From positions 157,420,001-157,484,000 of the forward strand of contig NC_086097.1 of assembly GCF_963921235.1 (NCBI RefSeq): 64,000 bases of DNA, written 5' to 3'. Shown piece by piece: positions 50,454-64,000 of the stretch (its first letter is position 1; each line of letters opens with the position of its first letter). Source of the DNA: Mobula hypostoma. Taxonomy: Eukaryota. A model generated the notes under the pieces. The model was not told the origin of the DNA. It did no database searches and was given only the letters and a program-made list of their open reading frames with translations. Made by a program: the position numbers and the translations under genes.

Positions 50454-53400
50454 TATTAAAGCAGTTTATTTAGAGAGCATCTTTTATCATATAATCTCTA
50501 TTGAATAGAACAATTTGTAAGATTTACAGTATGCATTCATTTTCATCTTCTCCAATTTACTGCTAAAGAAAGAATTACATCTCCAGCCAATTTCCCAGCC
50601 CTGCCTATCTTAAGCAGTCAAATTGTAAGTTCAGCATACAGCAGCAACTTGTTAGAGAGCAAAGTTTTGGCACCTTCTGCAGGTGCAAGTCCAAAAGGAG
50701 AAAAAATGCAACAACTTACAGTCTCAAAAAAAAGGGTAACTTAGTTCCTGCTTCATGATAAAGCAAGGGAGAAAACAAATTTCCAGTCCATTAACAGCCA
50801 GCTAAATGCATTTTACTTCATTAAAAGCAGTTCTCTGTGTTACAATTTGTTAAACTCTTAACCATGACATAACATAGGACTTTCAGAAATTACTGAAATA
50901 GCCCATCTGCTACCTCAATTATCACTCTATTTCATTCAATCTTTCTTATCAAACCTTGACATTCTTCGTGTCTTTTAATTCTCCTCCAATTTAGATTGAC
51001 ATTTCTTCCCTTTTCCTTTAATATTAACCTAGCTCCACACATTTTGACCTGGAATTGTCCTTGCCCATGGTCTTGTTCCAGAAAAACGATCTTCCCAACC
51101 TCACACTATGTTATTTTTTTCTTCTTCCTTTCCTCTTTCTTTACTGTTCTTGTCAGCAAAGTCCTTCTCCTGATCAAATCCTCTAATGCTGGAACTGCCC
51201 TACTCCACCTTCACAATAATCATGTACAAACTCTTCATTCCAGTAAATCAGCATGCTTTCTTGTGCTCATCCTCTGTGAATCCAATATTCCTTCTTATGC
51301 ACACACTGTTTCTAGATTGTTCCCATCTTAAACTGCCTCCTTTCCTTATTTCGTTTTCATTCCTGCCCCCTTCCCTGTTGTCCTCTCTACATACTCCAGC
51401 CTCCATTTCCTCTCCAGTGTTTCCTTCCCTTCTCGATTAAATTCACCTCTCTGCTTTCTCTTTGCTTCTTCCCCTTTTGGCTTAGTCGTTCCCTCAGTCT
51501 CTCTGTCACTTCTTTCCTAAATCCAAGACCAATCCTACTCAAGCTTTGTCTGTTGGGAATGTTTTATTGCAAGGATGCAAAGTAATAACATCTGCTGTTG
51601 GAAGGAAATGTGTAGGAGAGAAAATATCATCATATTCAATGAATCGCAAGATACGGATCCATCCACAATCTCTACATAAACAGAACTTTCTCTCCAGCCC
51701 AAAGTCTGCAAATGATGGCAGCACAAAGGCCCATGGAGTGGCACCACCCCACTGTTTTCCCAACTTAATCACTGGCTCCCTGTTTAATGCTGATCAACAG
51801 CTAAAGCTCCCAACTTCAGTTTTTAAACTCACATGAAGAGTGTCCCTGACAAGGCAAAGAATTGTACGTTTGCCAATGTTGAAGGACTTTAATCCAAATG
51901 TTAAAAAGGAACAGTGAAAATTATAAGCAAAACAATTAAAAAGATAAAATTGTTTCACAATCTGAGGTAGCCACAGTATCTAATTATTAATTCTAATCAA
52001 TTAGCATGATGTTCTTTAAATGCAGTACATTCCATGGTTCTGTCAGAATATGGTCTCCTTCTCTCTGGTAACTGAATACACTCACTGCAGCAGTTTGATA
52101 TTTTTAATGAAGATTAATGGAAAGCACGTTTCATGAATAATGTTTGTTTATTAATTACGCAAAGGTTGGTGAAGTTACTGATGCCAAGTATGATCAGGAA
52201 ACTCATTACTCAACGTCAGGAGTCGCCTGTGAGAAGAATGATGCATTAAACCCTCTTTGTCAATGAAGCTCAGCGATTTCAACCAGCCTTTAAAAACCCC
52301 TTGAATAAATAAATTACACCACATTGAGAGTACAGACCAGTTTCTGGCAAAATATAAAGGACTGCTAAGTCAATTGTGATGCAAAAGTTTAATTCATTAA
52401 ATTATCCTTTTTATTTTAATTTTCAATGGCGTTTCTTCACTAAATAAGGATCTGTGAGATTAAAGCACTAAATGATATTTAACCTGTATGCAAGGAAGTC
52501 AATATATTCAAGCAATTCAAAATTAAGCATATGGAGCATTTCTCATTAATATTACAGAGGAAAACCTAAATTTAAGATTATTTATGCATACCAGATGTGG
52601 AGCTGCACAATAAGACTGCGTAAATACTTCTAGATCACATTTAGAACTAATGATATAGATGAAACTAAATGAAATTATGCTGTATTAATGCAGTTAACAA
52701 GTGATCCAGCTCTGCTTTGAAAGGTTATCCACAGCCAATTCAATTTATATGAAAAATTTAAAAATTTGTTATCGGGACAATGGTATACCTAAAGGCATAC
52801 TAGAAGATAATAGGAAAGCTATTCTGATCATTCTGATGATATACATTATTTTCGATCAGTGCTTTAGCTTCTATCAAAGGTAACAGTTCAACATGGTAGT
52901 AATGTATATAAATGATGTAGTATAAAGCTGCACAGTCAATGGTTATTCACCTCCAAGCCAGCAGAGGTCATGATCCTTTTGTGGAGTTTATCTTGTGTCA
53001 CTGTTTTGGCCTTTGGCAAACATCATTTTGTCTGATTTCGGGAAGGGTTATGTTTGAATACATGTGCACTCAGCAGGCTTAAATAAAATAAATAAACTTC
53101 CCAAAGGATGAAACTCAGTTTCCACCATTTTATATGCTAAGAAAATATATTCATAACCAATTTCAAATCAGACTTAGTTCCCTCTTGTGCTGAATATGTA
53201 AGCCGAGAAAATCGCTTTCTGTCAGTAATATTATTGAAATCAAATGTACATTTTATGCTGTTTTAGACTGACAAGCATATTTAACATATTTTGTCAGACT
53301 AAAACAACTTAAAAACTCAAGTTCCAATAATTGCAATTAAATAAATTGACATTTAAACCTCCTTCGGCAAAAAGCAATTGGAAGAGATTTTAATTTAAGT

Positions 53401-53710
53401 GTTATTCATGAGGACTCCAAAAATAATCAAAATGGAATTGAAAACAGTTTAAGATTCTTGATAAAAACAAAAATACCTCAAAGGCAAAAAGAACCTACTC
53501 CTGAGAGTCAAAGGAGAGTTGTGAGATAATGATGTTATAACGTTACAAATAACATTTTGTCCAGTTTCAAAAAGACTCATTCGAACTGCTGAGCAATCAG
53601 CATCATGAACTACGTAGGAACAACCTTGACAGCCAATAGAAATCAACTACAAATGAGCAGCGAAATAGAATTTGATGGAGTTAGATCAAGCCTGACTTAC
53701 CTCATTAAGA

Positions 53711-56700
53711 CCATAAGATATAGGAGCAGAACTAGGCCATTTGGCCCTTCAAGTCCGCTCTATCATTTCATCCTGGCTGATCCAATTTTCCTCTCAGCCG
53801 CAATCACTTGCCTTCTTCCCATATCCCTTCATGCCCTGACCAATCAAGAATCTATTGACCACATAAAGACTTGGCCTCTACAGACACCTGTGGCAAAGAA
53901 TTCCACAGATTCACTATTCGCTAGCTAAAGAAATTACTCCTCATCTCTGTTCTAAAAGGAAGCCCCCCTATTCTGAGGCTGTGTCCTCTGGTTCTAGACT
54001 CTCCCACCATTGGAGACATACCCTCAACATCCACTCTGTCAAGGCCTTTCACCATTCAATATGTTTCATTGAGGTCGCCCCTCACTCTTCTGAATTGCAG
54101 TGAATACAGAATCAGAGCCATCAAAAGCTCTTCATATGACAAGCCATTCAATCCTGGGATCATATTTATGAACCTCCTTTGAAATCTTTCTAGTTTCAGC
54201 ACATCGTTTCAAGATAAGGCACCCAAACCTGCTCACAATACTCCAGGTGAGGCATCACTAGTGCTTTATAAAGTCTCAACATTATATCCTTGCTTTTATA
54301 TTTTAAGTCCTCTTGAAGTGAATGCTAATGTTGCATTTGCCTTCTTCACCACAGAATCAACCAGCAAATTAACCTTCAGTAAATCTTGCACAAGGACTCC
54401 CAAGTCCCTTTGCACCTCAGTTTTTTCTGTATTTCCTCTCCATTAAGAAAATAGTCAGCCCTTTCATTTCTTCTATCAAAGTGCATGATCATACACTTCC
54501 CAACACTGTATTCTATCTGCCATTTCTATGCCCAATCTCCTAATCTAAATCCACTTGTAGCCTCTCTACTTCCTCAAAACTAACTTCTCCTCCACCTATC
54601 TTCATATCATCTGCAAACTTTGCAACAAAGCCATCAATTCCACCATCCACATCACTGAGATATAGCATAAAAAGAATCTGTCCCAACACAGACCCCTGTG
54701 GAACACCAACAGTTACCAGCAGCCAGCCTGTAAAGGCTCTCTTTATTCCCATTCCTTGCCTTCTGCCAATCAGCCACTGCTTTATCCATGCTAGAATCTT
54801 TCCTGTAATACCATGGGCTCATAACTTGTTAAGCAGCCTCATGAGTGCCACCATCTCAAAAGCCTTCTGAAAATACAAGTACACAACATCAACTGATTCT
54901 CCTTTGTCTATCCTGCATATTATTTAGAACACAGAACATAGAAAACCTACAGCACAATACAGCCTCTTCGGCCCACAAAGCTGTGCCGAACATGTCCTTA
55001 CCTGAGAAATTACCTAGGGTTACCCTTATTTCTTTAAAGAATTCCAACAGATTTAGCAGGCAAAATTTTCCTTTGAGGAAACCATGCTGACTATGGCCTA
55101 TTTTATCATGTGCCTCCAGGTACCCTGAGACCTCATCCTTAATAATTGACTCCAACATCTTCCCAACCATTGAAGTCAGGCTAACTGGCCTATAGTTTCC
55201 TTTCTTCTGCCTCTCTCTCTTCTTGAAGTGTGGAGTGATATTTGCAACCTTCCAGTCTTCCAGGACCATTTCAGAATCTAGTGATTCTTGAAAGATTATT
55301 ACTAATGCCTCCACGATCTCTTCAGGCACCTCTTTCAGAACTCTGGGGTGTACGCCATCTGGTCTAAGTGATTTACATCTGACTTTAGGTTCACCTTCTC
55401 AAATTTCAGGTTGAATTCAATCATATTATGATAACTTGCCCCCAAGGGTTCTTTTACTTTCCGGTCTCTAATCAATTCTGATTCATTGCATAATACTTAA
55501 TCCAAAATAGCTGATCCTTCAACCACGAGCTGCTCTAAAAAACCATCTTGTTTGCACTCTAGAAATTCCCCCTCCTGGTATCTAGCAACAACCTGATTTA
55601 CCCAACCAACCTACATATTGAAGTCTCCCAAGAGCACTGTAACATAGCCCTTTTGGCATGTACTTTGGCCACATCCTTACTACTGTTTGGGGATCTGAAT
55701 ACAATTCCCATCAGGGTCTTCTTACCCTGGCAGTTCCTTAGCTCTATCCACAATGATTCAACACCTTACGACCATATGTCACCTCTTTCCAATGGCTTGA
55801 TTTCATTTTTCACCAGCCGAGCAATGCTGCCCCTCTGCCTTTCTGCCTGTCCTTTTGATACAACGTGTATCCTGGGACATTAAGCTCCCAGCCATGATTC
55901 TGTGATGCCTACAACATTATATCCCCCAATCTGCAATTGTTCTGCAAGTTTCTCTACATCATTCGGTATAATGCGCACATTCAAACAAAACATCTTCAGT
56001 CCTGTATTCACCCTTTACTATTTTGTCTTCCTTTTACATTGCAACTCATCCCGTTGACTGCAATTTTGCCCTGTCAGCAGCCTCTCTTCACCATACACTG
56101 CTCTGTTTGTAACCCAGCTACCTCATCTTCAGCACTATCACCTGCTTTTCCTTTGATACTTCTTGCATTGAAATATATGCAGCTCAGGACACTATTCGCA
56201 CCATGCTCAACCTTCTGATCCCTAAGTTTGCCTAAGGTCTTACCAACATTTGCTTCCACGACCTCTCCACTAACTGTTCTGGCACTCTGATTCCCATCCC
56301 ACTGCAACTCAAGTTTAAACCCCACCGTGCAGCTTTAACAAAACTTCCCTATGTAGAACCTCGTCACTAGTCCTACCCATGTTATCGGTACCTACATGGA
56401 CCACGACTTCTCACCCTCCCACTTAAAAACATTGTGGATTCAATCCGAGATATCCCAGACCCTGGCACCTGGGAAGCAACATACCATCCGGGAATCTCAT
56501 TTTCACCCACAAAACCTCCTGTCTGTTCCCCTAATGAACGAATCCCCTATCACAACAGCGTGCCTCTTCTTCCCTCCATTCCTTCTGAATCACAGAGGCT
56601 TACCCACTGCAACTTTCCTCTGTAAGGTCCTTCCCCAACCCTGCTCTCCCTGCCTCCAACAGTATCCAAATTGAAATACCTATTGGTGAGGGGGATGGCC

Positions 56701-57314
56701 ACAGCGGCAGTCTGCACTGACTCCTTAACCCTTTTCCCCTTCCTGACTGTCACCCAGTTTCCTGTGTCCTCCACCTTGGGTGTAACTACCTCTCTGTATG
56801 TCCTATCTATCACCCCCTCAGCCTCCTGAATGATTCAGAGTTCATTCAGTTCCAGCTCCAAATCCTTAATGTGGTTTGTTAGAAGCTGCAGCTGGATGCA
56901 CTTCTCGCAGTCGTCATCAGGGACACTGGAGGTCTCCCTGCTTTCCCACATTCCCCAAGAGGAGCATATCACTAACCTACCTGTCATCCCTATTGCCCTA
57001 GCTGAGAAGTTATAAAGAAGAGAAGGAAAAACTTCGAGCTTTTCTTTGCTTTGCTTTTTCTGAGTGAAGCCTCGAAGAGCCAAGGCCTCAAGATCACCAC
57101 TCTTTGTCCACTCAGACGATGGCCATTGCACCTGCCCCTGCCTTCTTATAATTTGCTCTTGCTAATCAATCCCAAACGCCGATTGGCCACTGGTCTAAGC
57201 TCTTTTTGCTGTACTGACTCGCTGCTGCCTTTTATCCTTGGGCAGTGGACTTGATTGAAGTCCCCTCCTCTCAAAACTTCAGATGTCCGGATTGGCCGCT
57301 GGTCAAAGCTCTTG
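53711..57314 (-). mobile_element. CR1 LINE spanning 5' UTR, ORF1 and ORF2 to the tail, internally deleted, with candidate TSD TTAAGA
   Basis: ORF1 zinc-finger-like CSSWGMWE..CEKCIQLQLL (56835..57131); ORF2 start LSCIYFNARSI; RT ORFs 54889..55329 and 54540..54752 (VPQGSVLG, AKFADD). TCTTATGG-type tail at 53706. TTAAGA at 53705-53710 and 57315-57320. Confidence 0.88.
54926..55025 (-). mobile_element. 100-bp CR1-type 3'-end insertion inside the CR1 RT region, TSD TTATTT
   Basis: Tail agaacacagaacatagaaa; TTATTT at 54920-54925 and 55026-55031; host RT resumes on both sides. Confidence 0.75.
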
Positions 57315-60300
57315 TTAAGATGGAGGTGACAAAGCAAGTGGAAAGAGAAAAAACTCTACACCCTTGTGCACTTCAGCTTCTGAAAAATGATTAACAAATA
57401 TTCTTATAAATGGCTGAAAATTGAGATAAAACCTGATAAGAAACTGGGAGAACAGTAACTTCCCACTTCTACAAGGATTTCTGGCAAGGATACTGCAGTG
57501 ATACAGAAACAAAACTCGGGAAATGAACTGTCAAACAAAAATTGAGATTGGAATGGGCTCAAAGCAAAAATGATTCTTATCATATAACAGCTGTCAACAC
57601 CTGTTACTATCAGGTGGAAAGGAGAAGATAAAAACACTGTAGAAATAGTTAGCCACTGATGGCCAATGTTAATTTTTTCTAAGGGCATATTAATAACAAC
57701 AGAACTAATAACCCTATTTTGTAAAGAAATCCTGAAATCAAAAGCACCACAACACATCAGTTTAACAACAGGAATAGTAAAAACCTTGAAGTCAGACCTA
57801 CAAAATGTGATTTCTGAACAAACATACTGAAATATCTCATTCCTGGTAAATGCTCATCTTTTGAACTTGCAAAAGAATAATGTGTTATAGTTTACAATAT
57901 GGACAAACTGAAATCTGTGAATTTTCAAAACTGGCCTTTGCTAGAAATACAAGCAATCAGATCTTTCAAAAACTTGTCGATGCTCATTCGTGTCAAATAC
58001 TTCTTCTCACGTCAGGTGAATGTACAAGTATAAGACTCAGGTTTAAGGTAAGACGAGAGAAGTTTACAAGGAGATATGATGGATAAGTTTTTCTTCACGG
58101 GGATGGTGAATATTTGGAATGAGATGCAAGAGGAGGTCACAGTACTTAAAAAGGCATTTGCACAGGTACTTAGATAGGAAAGAAGTGGAGGGATAATGGC
58201 CTAATGTGGGCCAACCAGATTAATGCTGACAGACATCATAGTCGGCTTGGATGAGGTAGGTCATAAAGGACCATTTCTATTCTGTACGACACAATAATTC
58301 AATATGGTACAAGGTAAGATTTGGATTTCATTCCTCCCATTTATCAGCCCCAAAAAGCCAGTTTGTTGGAAAGTGAAATTCATTATGGTGTCCCATGTAC
58401 AGTACATGCTTTACTTTTGTAACGTCTGATTCTCTGAAGCAACTCTTGTCATGATATGTCTCATTCTATTTGTCACTGAAACATAGCCACTTTATTTCTC
58501 AAGCCAAAAATATTTTATTAAGAATATGGTTGTATTTTTACTGTCATGACTTCATGCCTCAAAATGTCTTGTAATTAATAATATGTCTTTAGGTGCCATG
58601 GAAAAGGAAGGAAATAACCATATGATTAGCAAAGGGACACATGACCAGAGCATTTATTCCAGTTCTATTTGTTGAGGGAACCATGTGGCTTGAATAATGG
58701 GAAAACTCTATTACTCTACTTTGAATAGTTTTGTGCAATGTTTACACGTATTGGTGAGGTCAGTGTAATGTCTTGGTTAGAAATTCTTTTATGTGGTGCA
58801 GGTTTTTTCAGCATTATAAGACGGAAATCATTTATTTCTGGAGTGGACCATTCAATTACTTGTCATGCCATACATTCCTCTTGTGTTAAAAGCATGTTTG
58901 CTGATAGTTGAACAAAAGATGACATCATTCCCTGGGCTATTAGAGTTGCCTTGAAAATTAGTGTTGGCTGATCACTCCAACAACAAGCAACCTGTCTTAA
59001 TACTGCTGTAGAGTAAGGTCCTATTCAGACTTTACCTACTTTTCTCATGTCATACTCCCCCGCTCATCCAACCCACTATAATACCAACTCACACCACCAA
59101 TCTCAACTCCCACAACCAAAAATAATTCTTTATCATTGCAGCTCACACCCAAAGCACAAACACATAGACTCCATGACTGTACAAGTATGAAACCCTGCAT
59201 TCACTGACTGCCACCTCCAGCTGGCCAAGGGACTCTGCTCCTCACTTGACACTCGACTAAGACCCCAAACTCCCTTCATGCTATAAAGTTCAAATCCAAG
59301 CCACCAATGCACCCTTCCCCCTCCATCCATTCCACCAACCAGGCTCCAGCAGCACTCCCTGACCACAACACTCTCCCACCCTCACTCTCCTCCCCCTATT
59401 CGAATCCTGGCCAAGACATGAAGGGAAGTGTTCAAAGACAATGGAGCAACCTTTCGCGGCCCAGAGGTCTCATGAAATTTCCAGCAATGGGCCTGAGACT
59501 AATAGAAAACTGATGAAAATGGGGGCATGATGATATTCCCTCAATTTCAATAAAATCAGTTTGCTGCTCTTTTCTCAATGATCTACTTGTGTTCTAAAAT
59601 GCTGTTGTCAAATAACTGGCGGGAGACATTTCCATTCACAGTTGCATCCACTTATGATTTACTGGAAAGGAAATTCCAGCACTGAAATTGTTGCGATGAA
59701 GTCTGCATGCTGTTAGCTCCCCAGAACTTCCTGTGCTTCCTCCTGTAGCTGTTCATTGTCTATTTGTTCTAGCGGGTTCTGAAGCGGTGACACTGGCCGC
59801 TGAGAGACTACCCTTGAGCACCTGTTTCAATTTTGCAGCTCAACAATTTCTGCTGCGCTAAAGTAGTTTCCATGACTACCTTGTAAACCTAAACATGATG
59901 CAGTGATGCCACATTTATGTGCTAATAGATGCACTTTTCCAGCAGTGGAAACCATCCACTCTGATGCTTATAATCTGAAAACCAAAGTACACTGAAAGAA
60001 ATTAAAATAACGTGGGTAAGTCTCTTTCTAAAAGAAACCTCTTAAAATTATCCTTATTGCTATCATTTAAGTCAATGTTGCAACTTTCTTTAGGCAAGAA
60101 ACAAACTCCGTGGATATCTGTCATCCTCAATGTCTATGTAGGAAACAGATTAAATGCTTCATCATTCTATTTTGACCCACTACCTGGAAGACATCTAGTT
60201 ATTTGGAGGATAACTCTCAACCCAATTTTCTTTTCACTATACAATATAACTTGGATTAGAAAAGAAGCAACAAGGCTCAGTCAATACGTAAGGAGTCACA

Positions 60301-60506
60301 CCATACTGTGTTTATAGCTATTCTAATTCAAATTATAAGATTACACATAATCTCTGATGTAAAATACATACATTCTTTGTACTACTACATAAGAACTAGA
60401 AACAAGAATGATGATAAGTGGATTGATTTCTTCCAGTATTGCCATAAATTGGGCCAAAGAACACACTGCACTCCATCACTGCCATGGGAGGATCCATGGT
60501 ACAATT

Positions 60507-60591
60507 CAAGGGTTCCTGTTCCCAACCTTGTTTATGCCATGGACCAATACCCTTAAGCAAGGGATCCATGGATCCCAGGTTGGTAACCATG
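60507..60591. mobile_element. hAT MITE, same family, opposite orientation
   Basis: gttcccaaccttgtttatgccatggacc..cccaggttggtaacc; flanks GTACAATT / GTACCCTT (6/8). Confidence 0.7.
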
Positions 60592-63500
60592 GTACCCTTG
60601 GACTCAGGTGCTATGAAGGTCACAAGCATCGGTTAGGCCTTCTGTGGCAGAAACCAAGGCTGTATTCTGAACCACCCTAAACAGTGCTTTCAGAGATGTT
60701 TGAAACAATTCATTCAGATGTAATTAACTGATCAAACAAAATAATTTCATAGTCCTTTAAGAGAAACAAGATAAACCGAAAATCAGTAATTTATTTATCA
60801 GAATTTATCTTTTCATTCGGGTCAGTGGAAGATGGAAGCTATATAATCGAAACTAATGAGCAATATGAAGTTGAAGGGACAGCTGCACAGTGCATTAGCC
60901 TTCTCAGCTCTCTCCACAGCCTGCAGCAGAGTGAAATCTCAGGTACACCTAGATACTTCCAATAGCCAATTGTACCTCAGGACTTGTAATGCCTCAACCA
61001 CTGACATTTGCAGTGAATTTAGCACATCAGTCACCTGTATTTTTTTCAGGTGCCATGTAATTATTTGTAATTATTGGCAGTGTAGCAGTGCACAAGGCTT
61101 CATTCTTTTTAATTATGCCTTTGGGTACCAAAGAAAAATAAGTACAGCAATTCTACAAATTATTAAATAAATGAACTAAAGCAAACAATATTCTTGTAGG
61201 CAAGGTTTTACAGGAATAAACAAGCAGGGAAGGCTCAAAGCAAATCAGATTGTCTGCTACTGTTTACTTAGTCTACTATAGTCGACCACTGAAACATTTC
61301 AGGAGACAGAAGCCAATTAAAAGCTTGGCTCAATTAAAACAGAAAAATGCTTGAAGTCACACAGTATAATGAGCAACAAAGCATATTTATTTAACATTTA
61401 ATTTTTAATTGTTTCCAACAGGTCCAGATAGACCTTACCACTTGTTAGCCAGCTCTGAAATATGGCTGGCAGTTGCGTTTGCAACACAACTATCACAGGG
61501 AGAATAAATGAAAAAAAAGTGAAAAGACAAACACATCTCAGAACTTTCCAATCGTGAACATCTAAAAAGTCCAAGCAAAGACACTATAAGAATAATCACA
61601 AAAAATTAAAACCTCATTAATGCCAACCCTGCAATTCCAGAATGCCAGGAAGGTCACTTTCTTAGGGCAGATTTCCTTTGACTGAAGACTTTCCTCCACC
61701 CTTCCATGCTTCTACTAGCAAATCCAAGTCTAACACTGTCATTGCTGTGAGGAATATGGAGAGAGCAGATGAGGGGGATGGCTGGCTGCCAGGATCCAAC
61801 TCAGTGGTAAATAGCTGGCTGACACCTTGCCCCAGGCCGTCAATAGCCACAATTATCTGAGGCAAGAGTCAAACACCACCTGGGGTAGGACAGCTGCTTG
61901 GTAATTGTGCAAAGTAATTTAGAATTGCCAAAAAACTCCAATGTCTTGGCTTTTCTGTATAATTATGTTGTGGGATGCCAATTGTTCTGTATGTCCATTA
62001 GAAAGGCTGAAGACAGGCAGGGACCTTCCTGCACATTTCAGAGCAATGTCCTACTAACTCAGAAGCCCTAGGCCAAATATTGAAGGAGCAAGATTGTGGC
62101 TACAGAACATCAATGAAAGAACTCTTATATTACTGTTATTATTTGCATTAAATTCTATCAGCTTGGGTGTGTCTCCATGACTGCAAACCTTTGACCTTAT
62201 TCTCCCTGCTATTGTATTAATGCTCATATTGCAGCTTGGCTTACTCAGCTCTTAGCTGTCAGACTCAAAGCTATCTAGGGTGGTTAGACCACTTCAATCA
62301 GGAGGGCAGGGGTAGGACAGGAGACTGGGAGAGATTGGGAGAAAAATGGAAATGGAGGTGCGAGGCAACAGACTAGAGATTAGGTGCAACTGGGAGCAGA
62401 CTAGAGGTTGGGAGGACAATAGAAGTTAAGTAGTACAGTAGTACAGCAGGAAGACTGAGCGAGCGCAAAATGTAAAAAAGCCAAGAGAACACCAGAGGAC
62501 TAGGGAGGGATAGGTGGAGAGAAGAGGTGGAAAGAAGAACCGTAGGGCTAGAAACTCCATGACTACATACATAGATGTCAACTGTCCACTGGCCTCCATG
62601 AACAAGCGGTCCATCATGTTTGTGCAGCACTGACGAGTAAACAGGATAGAAGCAACAGTCCTTTATAAATTTGCCAGACACAGGTAAACACACTTGATTA
62701 CTTTACTCACTTTGCAGATGCTGTCTGACCTGCTGGGTGTTTCCAGCGTTTTATGTTTTAATAAGTATATATGATTGACTTAGCCCATTTTGTAAACTCC
62801 TTGTTACTGTCTGACTGCAGTCCAACTGTTTTCAAGGCTAAGTTGAGAAATTTAATATAATGGCCAGTAAATAAATATCAGACAGCTTGATGGAAAATGC
62901 AGCTAAAACAGACTGCTACAGCAACAGTCTAGCACAGTACAAAAAAAACATGAATGTGGAAGCCAGAAAACAAGCCTCCATTACCAGGGGCACTTGTTAA
63001 TTTTAAACACCACAGTCAATTGTGATAAGAGGGAACCTGATATAATTTACCACCTCCAAGTGGTCTTAAAGAGCAGACAGCAGAAAGCTCATTAACTCTG
63101 CAAATCCTTTCTGCTCTATGAAGGCAGTTCTCGTCCAAAGTACTGATGGATCCAAAATGCCAGTGAGGTAATCCAAGCAGAACCTGAAGACATCTTAAAT
63201 CTTCATGGTCACAAGCGGATCTCCTTTCAATCGATAGATATTAAATTAGTGGCTAATTTAAAGACCATTACCGAAACAAGGACTCTCTGAGTGACACCAA
63301 TATTTTATCAGGATGCTTTAGAAGGTAGCCCAATCAACTCATTCCAAATTTGCAGTACTGTTTTTTTTAAGCTGCAGAACACTGAGATACCTTTCAAACT
63401 GCCTTTCTTCAGGCTGGCTACATTTCTCTGCCAAGAATAGAGTTCCTATTCCAAATAAAATAAACAAATCCGATTTCCCATTTTCACCAAAAAGGTATCT

Positions 63501-63971
63501 TTTGTTTTCCAGAAAGTAACAAAACAAATTCTGCAAATCTCACCGTGTGAACAAAGGCATCAATAGAACTTCATTAATATGAGTACATAACATCCCAACT
63601 CTACCTGACACTTAGGGTTAGCTTGTCTGCTTCTGATTGGTTCCTATATAAGCTTTAGCACCAAGGGCTTGGAACTTCATCTTCTCATCCTTAATTCTTA
63701 GCTTACAGGAGAAACTTGAGGGGTAAGTATACATTCATTTGAGGACATAAATAGTGATGGATAAAGTAATAAAACAAAATAGCCAAGAGCAATTTGTGGA
63801 GTCATGAACAAGTGCATAAAGCTGAAAGGTAAAATGTAATTAACTTATCAAACATTTACTAGGCAACTGTGAGCAGGTTTAGGTAATTTATTACAGAAGC
63901 ATTAAGAGTAAAGGACACAAGGAGTAACTATGTTGGCAGAAATTACACCTAGCACAACAGAAGATGACTGT

Positions 63972-64000
63972 AAACAACAGGAATTCTGCAGATGCTGGAA
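63972..64000 (-). mobile_element. End of another Penelope-like repeat running out of the window
   Basis: aaacaacaggaattctgcagatgctggaa is a near reverse complement of 36241-36269. Confidence 0.55.

Noticed and set aside
1..64000. CRISPR array, operons or other prokaryotic/viral systems
   Set aside because: No repeat-spacer array or dense ORF packing. The spliced vertebrate gene and TE content explain the window, and the remaining short ORFs look like noise.

Overview
AT-rich vertebrate genomic DNA. The repeat content (abundant CR1 LINEs, HE1/V-type SINEs, Penelope-derived repeats) points to a cartilaginous fish, probably a ray; that assignment is an inference. The whole window appears to lie inside one minus-strand gene, the adhesion GPCR ADGRB1 (BAI1). 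Seven coding exons with GT-AG sites and consistent phases cover ECL2/TM5 to most of the cytoplasmic tail. I did not find the upstream TM4 exon or the final RRKSR...QTEV exons, which presumably lie outside the window. The introns hold a young CR1 nested in an older CR1, a Nimb/I-type LINE with RNase H, a decayed Ty3/gypsy element, a full-span CR1, RTE-derived elements, hAT MITEs, SINEs and a 328-bp polypurine tract. The most notable items are (1) a 99-nt frame-symmetric ICL3 cassette exon missed by the ORF track, with a weak donor, a competing out-of-frame acceptor and tandem RBFOX sites; (2) a BAI1 tail lacking the mammalian polyproline region; (3) degenerate hammerhead-ribozyme cores in Penelope-type repeats; and (4) a possible HDV-like fold in an RTE-derived element. 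No CRISPR array, rRNA or prokaryotic system is supported, and I cannot claim a wholly new biological system from sequence alone. Protein comparisons use human ADGRB1/ADGRB3 sequences recalled from memory, not a database search.
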